Source: Ophelia neglecta
Lineage: Eukaryota
DNA: 64,000 nucleotides
Reading direction: 5' to 3'
Assembly (NCBI GenBank): GCA_965285935.1
Contig: OZ260663.1
Location: 63,736,001-63,800,000, forward strand
Under the pieces are notes generated by a model. That model searched no databases, was not told the origin of the DNA, and was given only the letters and a program-made list of their open reading frames with translations. Positions 44,950-56,900 of the stretch are shown piece after piece (the stretch's first letter is position 1; every line of letters starts with the position of its first letter). The position numbers and the translations under genes are program-made.

Positions 44950-46958
44950 TTAATGAAGGCCTAGTTTTTTAGCACACATCCTTGTGATAACATTTACACC
45001 TATGGCGCATGTAGCTAGGATTCCAAAACATATCACAAGAGAAATGCCAGCATGCATTCCCACATTCATTCCTTTGTGGACATCTATGCCTGAAAAAAAA
45101 AGTTAATTATAACTGTCAATTAACTAGCCTTGACTATCAAAAAGTAGTCTGTTAAGATTCAATTTTCACAAGGGTGTTTAAACCTCAAGCATTACTGTGT
45201 AAAAGGTTCTAATTAATTATCATATTTCTACTGATTTGTAAAAAAGCACCCCCAAATTTAATCTTCAACTTCCAACAAGACAAGATTTTGTATCCAATGT
45301 CAGTGAGTTGTGCATTTGCACAGGGTCGCATCCCAGAGCTGGATAATCGCCGAAATGGCAGCACACTAGATGCAGTTGTAATGCATTAAATATGAAAAGG
45401 AAAAGCCAATTTTCAAGTCTTGACACCAGACTACATCACAATGAGGTGTTTAAATATGATTTGGAATAATTTAGCCAAACAAATGGGTGAGTTATAGTTG
45501 TTTAGAGCGGTTTGGTTGAGCAAAACAAAATTTGTTTGAAATGGTCAACCACCCATTTCATGCACTAGTATAGAAAACAGCAAAATACGGGCACCACTGG
45601 CAGATACCACAAAGCTTGGGGTACACTATCTCAAATTTAGACCAGACATTGCACATCTCTAAAAAGAAAGGCTGGTGGGATGCTCTACAAGATTAATTAT
45701 TGCTGCGCAAAAACCTAGTGTAACTTGATCTAGCAATAAACAACATCGACATTAGATCAACCTTCAGCCAAATACCAATATAGATTATCCACATGTATTA
45801 CCTCACCTTAATTAAGAAATATTGGTTAGGTGTGATAATATAGGGGAAGTGTCCATCTTACCTTTACCCCAATAAATTTCTAGTAGCTTTATATAGACTA
45901 AATACTTGGCTCAGGCTGCAGACATTAAATTAGGAATTTAGAATACTTCAAATAGAATATTTGTCAAAGATCATTGTAAACTATCTATTGTAAACAACAA
46001 TTATAAGTTTAAAGACGATAACTGTGGTAATTTTGGCAAACATTCTCTCCCTGTATAGCTTTTCTACTACGACCCTCAACCAGATATGGCTTGACAGAAA
46101 AAATATGATTCAAGTTCCCCAACACCTTCATGATCATGCGGGTGTATTTAAAAGGGGCAACCACGGCAAATCAAGGGCAACCACGGCTAAACCACTGGAT
46201 ATTAACCAAAAACAGCAAGGTATTAGGGCGAAATGCTTCAGGATTGTAGCTGAAGTTATTTTTGAATAACTTGCTGAGCAATCGGGCCATTTAGTAGCAA
46301 AAAATCGAGCTAACTTGTTCTCCGTTGTTTACGGTTGATCGCGGCCATGACACCTGCACATCCGGGGCAATCATCACCAGAGGGCGTGTGATGTCGTGTC
46401 ATGGCCGCGATCTAACGTAAACACCGGAGAACGGGCGAACAAGTTAGCTCTTTTTTTTGCTACTAAGTGGCCAGCAAGTTATTCAAAAATAACTTTAGCT
46501 ACAATCCTGAAGCATTTCGCCCTAATACCTTGCTGTTTTTGGTTAATATCCAGTGGTTTAGCCGTGGTTGCCCTTGATTTGCCGTGGTTGCCCCTTTTAA
46601 ATCCACCGTGATCATGCATCTACAGGTAACATCATGCCCTATATCGAGTGAAAACGTAAACCAAAACTTCTTTTCACGTTTTCTCATCTACAATTCGTGC
46701 ACTTCATGACCTTGTGAAATATACCGTTGTGAGCACTCAAATCAAAAGTATTTACAGATCTAAATTAAACATTATAAACAGGTATGCTTACTTAACAGAC
46801 TTTCAAGATAAAACCCCCAACTAACATCGAACCAACCCAATTCACGACTGCAGTCATGGGTATGCATCTTTTCGGGCAACATTTGAACACTTACTCTCCT
46901 GTCCGAAGACGCAAATTAAGCCAGCAAGGAAAATGAGGACACGGCAAACAGACTCCAT
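44950..46958 (-). CDS. Small signal-peptide single-pass membrane protein, copy C
   Basis: Signal exon 46958-46895 MESVCRVLIFLAGLICVFGQE+A|gtaagt (64 nt, phase 1). Possible mini-exon ending at 45862. TM exon 45089-44950 xIDVHKGMNVGMHAGISLVICFGILATCAIGVNVITRMCAKKLGLH*. Not in the ORF track. Confidence 0.75.
46139..46608. mobile_element. Foldback MITE, 470 bp, 8-bp target-site duplication (hAT-like)
   Basis: Arms of ~210 bp are near-perfect inverted repeats around a ~45-bp spacer. Flanked by direct repeat TGATCATG (46131-46138, 46609-46616). Subterminal GGCAACCACGGC occurs twice per arm. Confidence 0.9.
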
Positions 46959-47039
46959 CTTTTATAATACCAAAAGCTGCTGCTAAAAGTGTTGTATATG
47001 AGTATTACACTGGTGTTAGCAGAAACCCTCTTACTACTG

Positions 47040-47260
47040 TTCCAATATGGCTGCTGCTGTGACCTTCGTAAGGGAACGTTTAGATGTGACGTCACACCAA
47101 ACTAGTCGATAACAAACCCTGCTTGCCCGCGCACCTGTCCAGGCACATGACCCTGCATTTGCAAAGTTACGTCACCTGAGAGGGGCGGAATGCGGTGGCA
47201 CAGTCATTACTGAATTGTGGGATGTGGGTGAAAAAGGGCGGGGGTTCCTTTGATTTCACA
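47040..47260. promoter_or_regulatory. Putative promoter with CRE and GC boxes between copy C (-) and HYPK (+)
   Basis: Perfect CRE TGACGTCA at 47087-47094 (inside palindrome TGTGACGTCACA), variant TTACGTCA at ~47167, GGGGCGG at ~47183, GGGCGGGG at ~47236. Confidence 0.55.
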
Positions 47261-48187
47261 GACAAGAATCTACTGTCCATCTCTAGAGGGGCAGTAGTTG
47301 GTGGAAAAGAAAACGAATGGCCAATAGCCTTTTTAAAATAGTAATCGTAAATGATAAAGTAGTAATATCAAACATTTGCAATAGGTGATTGAATGTACAG
47401 AATCATAAGAGAGCTTCCACTGAGCGAATTCCCCCCCCCCCCTGCAGAACAGGTAGACTATGTTGGTAGAGAAAAATAATTCAATGTAAAACCTTTGATT
47501 CTTCTTTAATAGGCACTGATAACTAAAAATTATCAATAATTAGATTCTATCATAATTCGATTAACTTGAAAACTTCAGTTTAATCCTCGGCCAAAAGGAT
47601 CGAGCTTAAGATGAATATTCACATAAAAAGGCACACCACAGTTTTCTTTATTTCTTAATTTTATAAATGTTTGAACAAGATATATCAATTTTGAGTGGAA
47701 ATTTTCACCCCCTCCCCCCCCCCCCCTCTCGTGGGAGAATGTCGATCACAGCCATATGGGACGCTCCATATTTGTAATTAACCTGTTAACTGAATTGCCC
47801 GATTTCAGTGGGTTTAATAAAATAGGCCTATACATAGTAAATTTCTAGGCCATATATCTAGTAGCGTTTGATAGAAAGATCTATCCCATTATTTTTCCTT
47901 AACTTATTGTCGAATAGTAAAATATGCAAAATAGACGACATAATGTTCAGCAGGAAATAAAAATGTTTGGAGGAACCTAAAACCTATGTTATAGCCCAAT
48001 AGCCCACTAAGTAGTAATTAAGGTGATATAAATTATAAATTGCGGTGATTTCACAAAAGCAGTTGATCTTAAGCACGCAGGGTAAACAGACAGATTCCGA
48101 CAAATGATACGAAACTAACCTAAATGATGATGGCAAGATTTTTAAGCGCCCTCACCTGGGAGTATAGAGAACTAATAATAGCCGAAC

Positions 48188-49093
48188 ATGGCAACAGAAG
48201 ACGAAGTTGACGTTGATGAAAATGTCACCGAACAGAAAGGAAAAAAGGTAGCAAAGCACGACTCGGGGGCAGCGGACCTCGAAAAGGTGACTGATTACGT
48301 TGAAGAAGAAGAAATATCACCACACACCATCGGAGATGTAAGTACAGAAGATAATATATCTTGTACCCCCTTTATCGCCCACAGTTTCCGACATGTGCTA
48401 GGTACTTGTATTTATAAAGCCCAGCGAGCAAGTGACTAAGATCTTTTGTTGTCTGCAGGCTATTAAAGTTGTGAGTGAGAAGCAATCCTTAGAAGCTGCT
48501 GCAAAACAACAGCGAGAAAAGGAATTATCCAAAGTTAAAATCAATAAAGAAGATGTTGATTTGATAGTAAGTCATATACAGTGAAACCTGCCCATAAAGA
48601 CCACCTCTATGATCAGACCACCTGCCAATTCAGACCATTAATAGAAGGACCATAATGTATACTTTCAATGTTAAATAACCTTTCTAAACAGACTACCTCC
48701 AAAATCAGACCACTATTGTTCAGTCCCTTGGGTGGTCTTAACGCACAGGTTTCACTGTAGCTAATAATCTGTACCTGTACCTGTGCTGAACAAGATCCCT
48801 ATGATGTGACATTTGCATTGACAAAAATAGTTTTTTGTCAAATTTCATAAGAAGAAATAAGAAATTCATGTATCAGAGTGTCAGTTAAACATGTAAAAAA
48901 AACATATATATAATAACAATATCTGTATTCGATACCAGTTACTTCCTAGTTTCCTTGCAGAATTAATACAAGTACTTTCTGCTTTCAACTGTTTCAGGTG
49001 CAAGAGATGGAAATACACCCAACATTAGCAGAGAGAAAATTACAAGAACACAAAGGAAATGTTGTAGAAGCATTAATAGAACTAACCAATTAG
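48188..49093 (+). CDS. HYPK: Huntingtin-interacting protein K, 117 aa, 3 exons
   Basis: Exons 48188-48337, 48459-48566, 48998-49093 (phases 0,0): KHDSGAADLEKVTDYVEEEEI...REKELSKVKINKEDVDLIVQEMEI...HKGNVVEALIELTN*. Confidence 0.96.
48579..48757. mobile_element. Tc1/mariner-pogo-type MITE in HYPK intron 2
   Basis: TA|CAGTGAAACCTG ... CAGGTTTCACTG|TA, with internal AGACCAC repeats. Confidence 0.85.
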
Positions 49094-49412
49094 AAGTTGT
49101 TATGTGATCCATTTTCATTATCATCTCAATATATTTCGATATTTCATCATGAACAAAGTAATTTATCCTGGGACTTGAATTGCCTTTCTTATTTGTAAGT
49201 GTAAATTGTGGCGGTATACAGACAAATAAACCAGATCAAGATACTGAATTTTGTGCTTTTGTATGAAATGGGATAATAAACTGGGATAATGAAAAAAATA
49301 CAGCTTAAAGGTGCAAGATAAGGATGACTATTATGTTGATCACTAATATGATCTGGTATCAAGAAATCAAATGGTGACTTTGTTTTTGACTGTGTCCTGT
49401 TATTTACTTATA

Positions 49413-49589
49413 CAGTGGTCCCTGTGATGTAGGGACACCTCTAAATCCAAGCAAAAGTGTCCCTACATAGCAGGTATCCATTCAGCAGAGGGATACAACA
49501 TAGAAAATATATGACATGGGCATTGAAAAATGTCCTGTGGTCAGTAGGAGCCCCTTAATCGGAGGGTCCCTTCATCACAGGGACCACTG
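49413..49589. mobile_element. Tc1/mariner-pogo-type MITE downstream of HYPK
   Basis: Perfect 17-bp TIRs CAGTGGTCCCTGTGATG / CATCACAGGGACCACTG flanked by TA. Confidence 0.88.
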
Positions 49590-49879
49590 TACATATTTGT
49601 TTAGGTTCCTTCTAATATATAAAGCTCTTCATAAGAGGTCACCAGTCTGAATTGTACACTCAAACATGTTTATGATTTGTGAATATCAGAAATATTTTCA
49701 ATATCAATTGATCAGTGAATATTCAGAATAATAAATCTAGGTAATAACATGAAAATATTAATGACTTCCCAATGATTATATATACAGGTCATACATTTGA
49801 AGCATCAGATTTTAGTACATGTTGAATTAATAAAATGTATGTGGATCTGTATGAATTCAAACATTAAAGGCTTTAAAAT

Positions 49880-50040
49880 CTGTGGTCAAAGCCTGTTTAT
49901 CGGTAAGCAGAGATATACAAAGGTATTACTTGAAGATCGCACATGTAAAAGATGCAAAACGCAAAAAAGTATATTTATGATGAGTTTCGCTTATTTATAT
50001 GCCCAAGTTTAAAAAGAATTAAGGATAAAATACAATGTAA
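49880..50040 (+). mobile_element. Degenerate 3' fragment of a non-LTR retrotransposon ORF2
   Basis: QRYTKVLLEDRTCKRCK then, after a frameshift, YDEFRLFICP. This resembles the GRY..ER.C..C...EDE.H...CP C-terminal motif of invertebrate LINE reverse transcriptases. Confidence 0.55.
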
Positions 50041-51393
50041 AGGTTTAAGGCAAAATGGTTTTTGTCAATGCAATGAGAAAGTCAAGTGAGGAAACAATTA
50101 TGTATGTTGCTAAATGTTAAGGCACAGTTTAATACACCCTCCTGGTACTAGTTTGGGATTTGGTAATAGATTTAAAATTATACTAAATTGAACTTGGTAT
50201 TAAGTATAGTCTATATCAGTAGTATTATGAAGATGATGGTTGTATTATGTTGAATTTCCTTTCCAGTATTTTGAATATTGCCTCAAGGACATATAAGCTC
50301 TCTTCAAATTTAGAGACCAATACATAAATTATCCAATAAACGGGTCCCATGTATACAGTGCCCAGCGCTACTGTACTTTATACATGGCCCTGCCTTCACC
50401 AGCAGCAGCTTGCAACCAGAGTCAGTTAAAGGGTATTCCCTTTTTCAACTGCAGTGCGGACAACACAGTTCTTGGTACAGCGACTCAATAAACACAAGAC
50501 AAGGAAAGGATGTAAAAGGTCACTGCATATTAAAGATGAAAAGGGTCTTGCATATTCTCGATAGAGCAGTAAGATTAAAAATATTTAAAGTGAACCAGTA
50601 ACGCTTTTATTGTGACTGAACACGTTCACCTATAACATTGAATCTTACTAGAATTCGCATGGCCCCTAGCCCTAGATGAGCGGAATATCATTCAAAGCCA
50701 TCGCAGTCTTTTAGTACATATGTGTTAAAGCAATGGCACCTAGAACATACACAAGAGCAGTCTAAAGGAGTCACCGATCGTATTTAAACTCTCCTCCAAC
50801 CATTAATCTTTATTGGATTCCACCAGTCGTCAATGTAAGTGTTATATTTGGATAAATTATTTGAAATATATATTGGTGAATTTGAAAAATGCCCGTTCTA
50901 ACCTGCAGAGTTCGTATCCCTCGGACAGCAATTGAAGTTTGGTTCCTTTTAAGTTGATTTAGTAATTCTGTGTAATTTTATGTACTTTCCTTTCCGACAG
51001 TTACTGCTATAACTGGTTTTCCATACCTGTTGTGGCAAATCAGGTATTATGGATTTATTCGTGATTGATACCCGGTTCTTGGCTCCGTCATACATTCTAG
51101 TTGTCTTTTTATCAAAAACTATATTCTCCAGTTCTCTCCAGTTCTTCCTTTCGTACAAATAATGTGACTGAAATAGTCCCGTTCTACCTTGATTATTTGA
51201 AACGACAAATATGAGTAAGAGAATCATAAATATTCTTAAAGAATAGTCTATTAAATCTGTGCCAAATCATCTGGATCCGCCAGTTCCCCAAAGGTAATTA
51301 ACGTTTTAAAGAAAAAAATATATATGCAAAGAGCAAACGAGTCAGTTGTCAACGTAGGAGAGAGATGAAATATGCCCTAGGAGTGTCAATATG

Positions 51394-51448
51394 CTGGACT
51401 AAAATCTCTCGTAATTTTGTGGTGGACTAAAATCTCTCGTAATTTTGG
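51394..51448. repeat. Short tandem duplication
   Basis: TGGACTAAAATCTCTCGTAATTTTG occurs twice, period ~28 bp. Confidence 0.9.
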
Positions 51449-53907
51449 AACTAGAAACACGTATGCCATCCCAAACATTCTTGGTTCAAAGGCAAGGACT
51501 GCAAGGAAAAAAAAAAAACCTTCTGGCCCTGATACATTGTACCTTTCCATTACATCGCTGTCAGACACAGTCGCCGTATAAGATCTGTGTCCTGGCGCTA
51601 CTTGGGATGTGTGGTAGACCATGTGGATGATGGAATTCCATCAAAGCAAATTCAGGCCTCCGCTAAAAGGAACCATGGGGGTGTCAACAACCTCGCTTGT
51701 GAATGATGTTTCGGTTTAAACTGTAACAAATGAATCAATCCTAAAGTTTTCTAAATAACCATCAGAGCTCCCTAAATTTCTAGGGATGTTTTATATTATG
51801 CTACGCTGAATCACAGAGAAACAACCGCCACGGACAATGGCAAATTTATTCTACAGGCTTTGAGAACTTCGAACTCAAAATCTGCTTCTATTATGCAGAA
51901 TCTTGATAGTTTCTCATTTCCCATGTTTGTTTTTTCTACCGATGCTCTTCCCCGCATTGTGGGGAAAACACGTGACTTAATGAAACCCACGATCCATTCA
52001 CAAACTGCGCACCTGGGATGCTATGAAAGCCAGTTGGTCTTAATCCATACTTAACTTTATTGTTATTATATATATACTTAGGAAGCGCTGGTTTAAGAAA
52101 AACCTTCGGGTTAGGCAGCCATGTAGAGGAATGAACACTTCTGGCCATGATAAGTTCAATTTTCTTTGCCCCATGAGTGTTTGAAGACATGGCAATCCGA
52201 GCATGCTCAGAACTGTTATTGTACATATTCGTTTGGTTTAAACATATTAATTTACATAATTGGGATTTCATATAAGTCTCGGACCTAAAAAGGGTAATTT
52301 CCAAAATAAGCATTAAGATAATATTTACAAATATGCTTGAGATAAAATGCGCTGATAAGGAAAGGTGAGAGATGAACCATATTGTAATTAGATGCGATAA
52401 GCTGTCTAACTTAATTAATAATTATAATAAGCAAGAAACTGGTTTGTAGGAGGCAGAAAACGGAGAGACAAGTCTGCTTAAGTAATAAAAACAAAAGAAA
52501 TATTAGAGAATGACAGACCTAGCGTTATAAAATAGTTGTGCGTGTGCGTATTCGATTGGAAAGTTCTGTATCGCTTTAACTCAAATCCGATGGGCTACCT
52601 CTAGCTGTAAATTCTTCTTATTGCTGCTGTGAGTCCAGAGATCAAAACAGAAAAGTACTATATGCTGGAGTATAGTTTTCGCGAGACTGGAACCGACAAT
52701 TCTGTCGGGTGCGTTCCAAGCCAAACCAGCGATACAAGGCCTCTTCATAGTTTTCAGCACGCAACTTTGTCTTATGGTCGTGATTGTGAGGTGTCTAGTA
52801 TAACACCTACGTGCGACTCCTCGGTTGCAGTAGCCCCTTTGCAGTTACATGTAGCTACGAAAAAGGCAATTGAGGGAGCCATAGTAACATCGAGCATTTT
52901 TGTTTCTGCCTGCAGTTTGACATTTACGACCACTGGTTGGAGGTTTCTACCTTCTTACTGACACATTATGCGGCCTCTTTTCAAGTGCGAGCCGACTTAG
53001 ACTCGTTATCAGTATAAGAAACACGATTTTCAGCATTTAATCAAGCGCTTATTCTAAAGTCATAAAAGAAGTTCAATAATATGTATTACATGTAACGTAT
53101 TTTGCCGGGGGGGGGGGGGGGGGACTCAATGTCAACTGTTAATGGAGTTGAAATCCTTATTCACAATATTAGGGCATAATAAGCGGTATAATCCTATCGT
53201 TGCTAAAAGTATGATTGGGATATTGAATTTTGAGATGGACAATATATTTTGCGATATATAGGACTATATACATTTGGTTTTAAAACCGGTGTCGAGAGAA
53301 TAAAACACAAGGATGATGCATTTTATAATTATGACCTCATGTTACTTTTGACGTTAGTCGGCCCATTGATAAGTACACTTGCAGGTGGATTCCCTCATTA
53401 TTATATCAGAATGGCCATAAAAAGCAGCTCGTATTCATTGTGTTGCTCATCAGTCTGAGTCTAGATAATAATATATACAACAGGTGCCTAGATCAGGAGT
53501 TTGATTATAATCGGGTTCATTCTCGGTAAATTGATTAGCAGCTTTACTATGAAAACCGGGACTTCTCTGTATACGTACAAAGGCAGCTGAAATATTTATT
53601 CAGCCCTGCCACAGCTGTCACAAACACGTGATTTTATAAAACGGATAACTAGATATGTACTGCTCTTATATGACAAGCCGCGCATGCATGAGCCTACAGC
53701 TGGGTTACAGCAAGGAGTTGGATATTAATTAAAATTTAGTAATTTGTTCATTGAAATTGAGCGAAGAGGCGTTGTTCAGTGCTTGACGTACAAACGGGAT
53801 ACCTGTACTTAGTGCGCGTACGCGTACCATGTGATTGTTTCATTCGTTACTTCTTTATCAAATGGATCGGATTAGGCAGCGTGCGTGATACTTGATTATC
53901 AACTACC

Positions 53908-56900
53908 ATGGAACCCGAAGAAATAGGTAAATAAATAAAAAGTTCTCTAAATTGTAAATAAAAAGTTCTCTCGGCTTAAATACGATCAGTAGGTTGGTAT
54001 AGCATATGCATGGTTACTAATGGCTACTATTCAAGACGCAAGTCCTTCTCCTGATATAATCAGTAGATTAGTATAGCATGTGATAGTAACTAGCTGTTAA
54101 ACTAGCTTGTTACTACCCTATCTAAAATGACAATTACATGTACTAAAGGGAGTAACTAATAGAAACTTCTAAAGAATAATAAAGAAATAGAGCAAAATTG
54201 TGGACAAATCAACAAGGCAGACACCCTACGCTGTTCCTGTATTATATATAATATATCTGATTATCGCAGTAAATATTATTTCATGTTTAATATACCATGT
54301 TATTAAACTCCCTATACCTTGTTCCAGATGTGCTGTCCGATCCAGCTATAAAACCTATGCGCAATGTACTATCTCGTCTGCCATGTGCTTCCCTGGTGGC
54401 TTTCATAATGTGTGTAGGAGGAATTGTAGTCTTTTCCGCTTGTCTCTATGAGGCCGTCGATTACCTCGTCACCAGATTTGAAATCGGAATGTGGGTAAAC
54501 TAGCACTATTGCTTACAAATTATCAGACCTTTCTAGGTAATAATAGTCAATGCAACAATATGATTGTCTGGTTTCTCATTCTAGAGTTGGTCAGATAGTG
54601 TGGTTGGTAATGGTGGTGCACATTGTCCTTGCTCTGTTCTTTCTGGTAGTGGCCACACTGTCGACTGGTAGGACGAGACGACAGACGTGTGGTCAGTGTC
54701 TAGCCTTTAATCTAATCGGGAGATGCTGCCACATTTTGGTGAGGAGCAAGAGTTACGCTATTTTAATAGACCATCCTAAATCGGCACTAACGTACATGTA
54801 CAACAGATAATATTTAACATCAGATTGTATTGATCAACGCAGTAAAATTGCAATTTCTTTAATTAAAAATAAAAGGTTTCTAGATCAGATTAAATTTGAG
54901 AGCATATAGTTCTTATATATCAGTCTCGCTTTTACTGAAACTGAGCCAATTATTATTGACCTGAACACTGAAGATATCTGAAGTGAGTTAAGCTAAATTA
55001 ATTACGAATAGAGCAAAGATGTCGTAATGCATATTTTTTGTTATTTAATAACAAGGGATACTGTAGCATATGCATGATGGCAGCGTCAAGGTTGAATCAT
55101 CAGCATTTATTACATTTGTTTCTCACGTACGTTTTGAATGCAATGACACTATTGAATTTACTCTTTATGAATGTGAATCAACTGTACTGGTCGTATCAAT
55201 ATTTCATATAAAAAGTTTGTCTGCACATTAACCAATTATACGTGTTATTATTGTGCAACAGGTGCTAGTGACAAATTAATACCAATTGTCTTCGATGTTT
55301 GTTTCAGTGCATAGTGCTCGCCTATATATTACACCTGGTCTGGTTTTTCTTGCCTGCCATACTGATTCTTCCCGTAGCCCTGCTAACAGCGTTTGTCATT
55401 CTCTGCCAGATAGTTCCAGACTGCATCAACCTCTCTGACTATGGTTGGTTAAGCTAATCTTCTTAGTAATTGAAAAAACTTAGATAAAATGAAAAGGTCA
55501 TTATAATTTATATTTTAGGATGTACTAAATTAACAACAGTGAAATGGGGCTTTTTATGTTTTCAGGTTATTTTTCTTCTTTTCCTTTTTGTTTTTATTTC
55601 TTTTATTAATAATTTACATAACTATCAAGCTTACAGATGCAAATAGCTTTCATGTAATGGCCTTTTGTCACTGTGCTAATACCAATATGAACATGTCCAC
55701 ATACGCCTAACAAGTTGAGCCGGAAGGCCATGTGCAGCATCCACATCATTCCATGCACTATAATCGTTCAATTTTTTTTAATCTTTGTTCTAACTTATAC
55801 TTTTCTTTGACTTCGGGTCTATTAATATTGTATTTAGCCTGGTTAATTAATAGTGTGCACAATAGTTTTTTGGTTGGTAATTTATTTTGTATTCACTACT
55901 GATAGGACATACACGCCATCTGGTGTCCGTCCTTCTTGTTGTGTAATATGTTGATACTTTTCTTTGGTTGTAATTTCATTTTACATTAACTTTTTATGAG
56001 AGATATCCATGCATATCTATCTACTCTATATCTACTGCTATTTGTGCAATTGTACTGTCATGCAAAAATCAACTTAAACTTAAGTATTATATAGTCATTT
56101 CCCTGCATCTTTACACCGCCAAACAATTGTCGCGACTGTCGAAATGGCAAATGAGCTTAAGTAGCATAACTAGATTTATGGCACGAAACAACCAAAGGGT
56201 TATGTTCACAAATATCAAAATATGAATCACTAATCCCAAATATGTACACAAGTATACAATTTGCAGTCACATCTATATAGCGGAACTGTACATAAATATA
56301 TAGGAATCGAAAAAAGATTTTGAATGAAAGGGTAACTGCTGCCTTTGATTAACTTTCTGACTTCTTTTCGCAGGTCTACCCCCTGACATTGCTGACAAAG
56401 TTAACCCTAATGACATCATACAAACTCTGAAAGGTTTAAACAAGTCTGAGATAGAGAAATACATATCAAAAGCGGAAGTCGTTTTAGATAGTGCCATTGA
56501 TGCCGCTGAAAACAGTCCTTTCCTAGAAAACATTCTTAGTACCATAGAAACAAATGTGCCGGAAGAGTCTGAAATAAATAAATTCGTGAACAACATTGTG
56601 AACAGAATCGATGTTGACAAAATTTCTCAAGTTATAGACCAGATACAAGGAGGCGTGGATAAAACCTCGGACAAGCTTAACCTGGCCCTGGACCAACTAG
56701 CTGAAAGAGCTGATGGCTTGCACTTCAACCTGGACAATCTGGACACCCACAATGACACTTTTGAAAAACTGTCGTACAAAGTCGACAACGGAACAAGGGA
56801 ATTTAATTTAACAAATCCTTTATTGCCATTTGAAGAGACGAGCCAAAACAAGACACTGCAAGAAATGAGAGATATCAACGAAACTAACAATGGGGAAACT

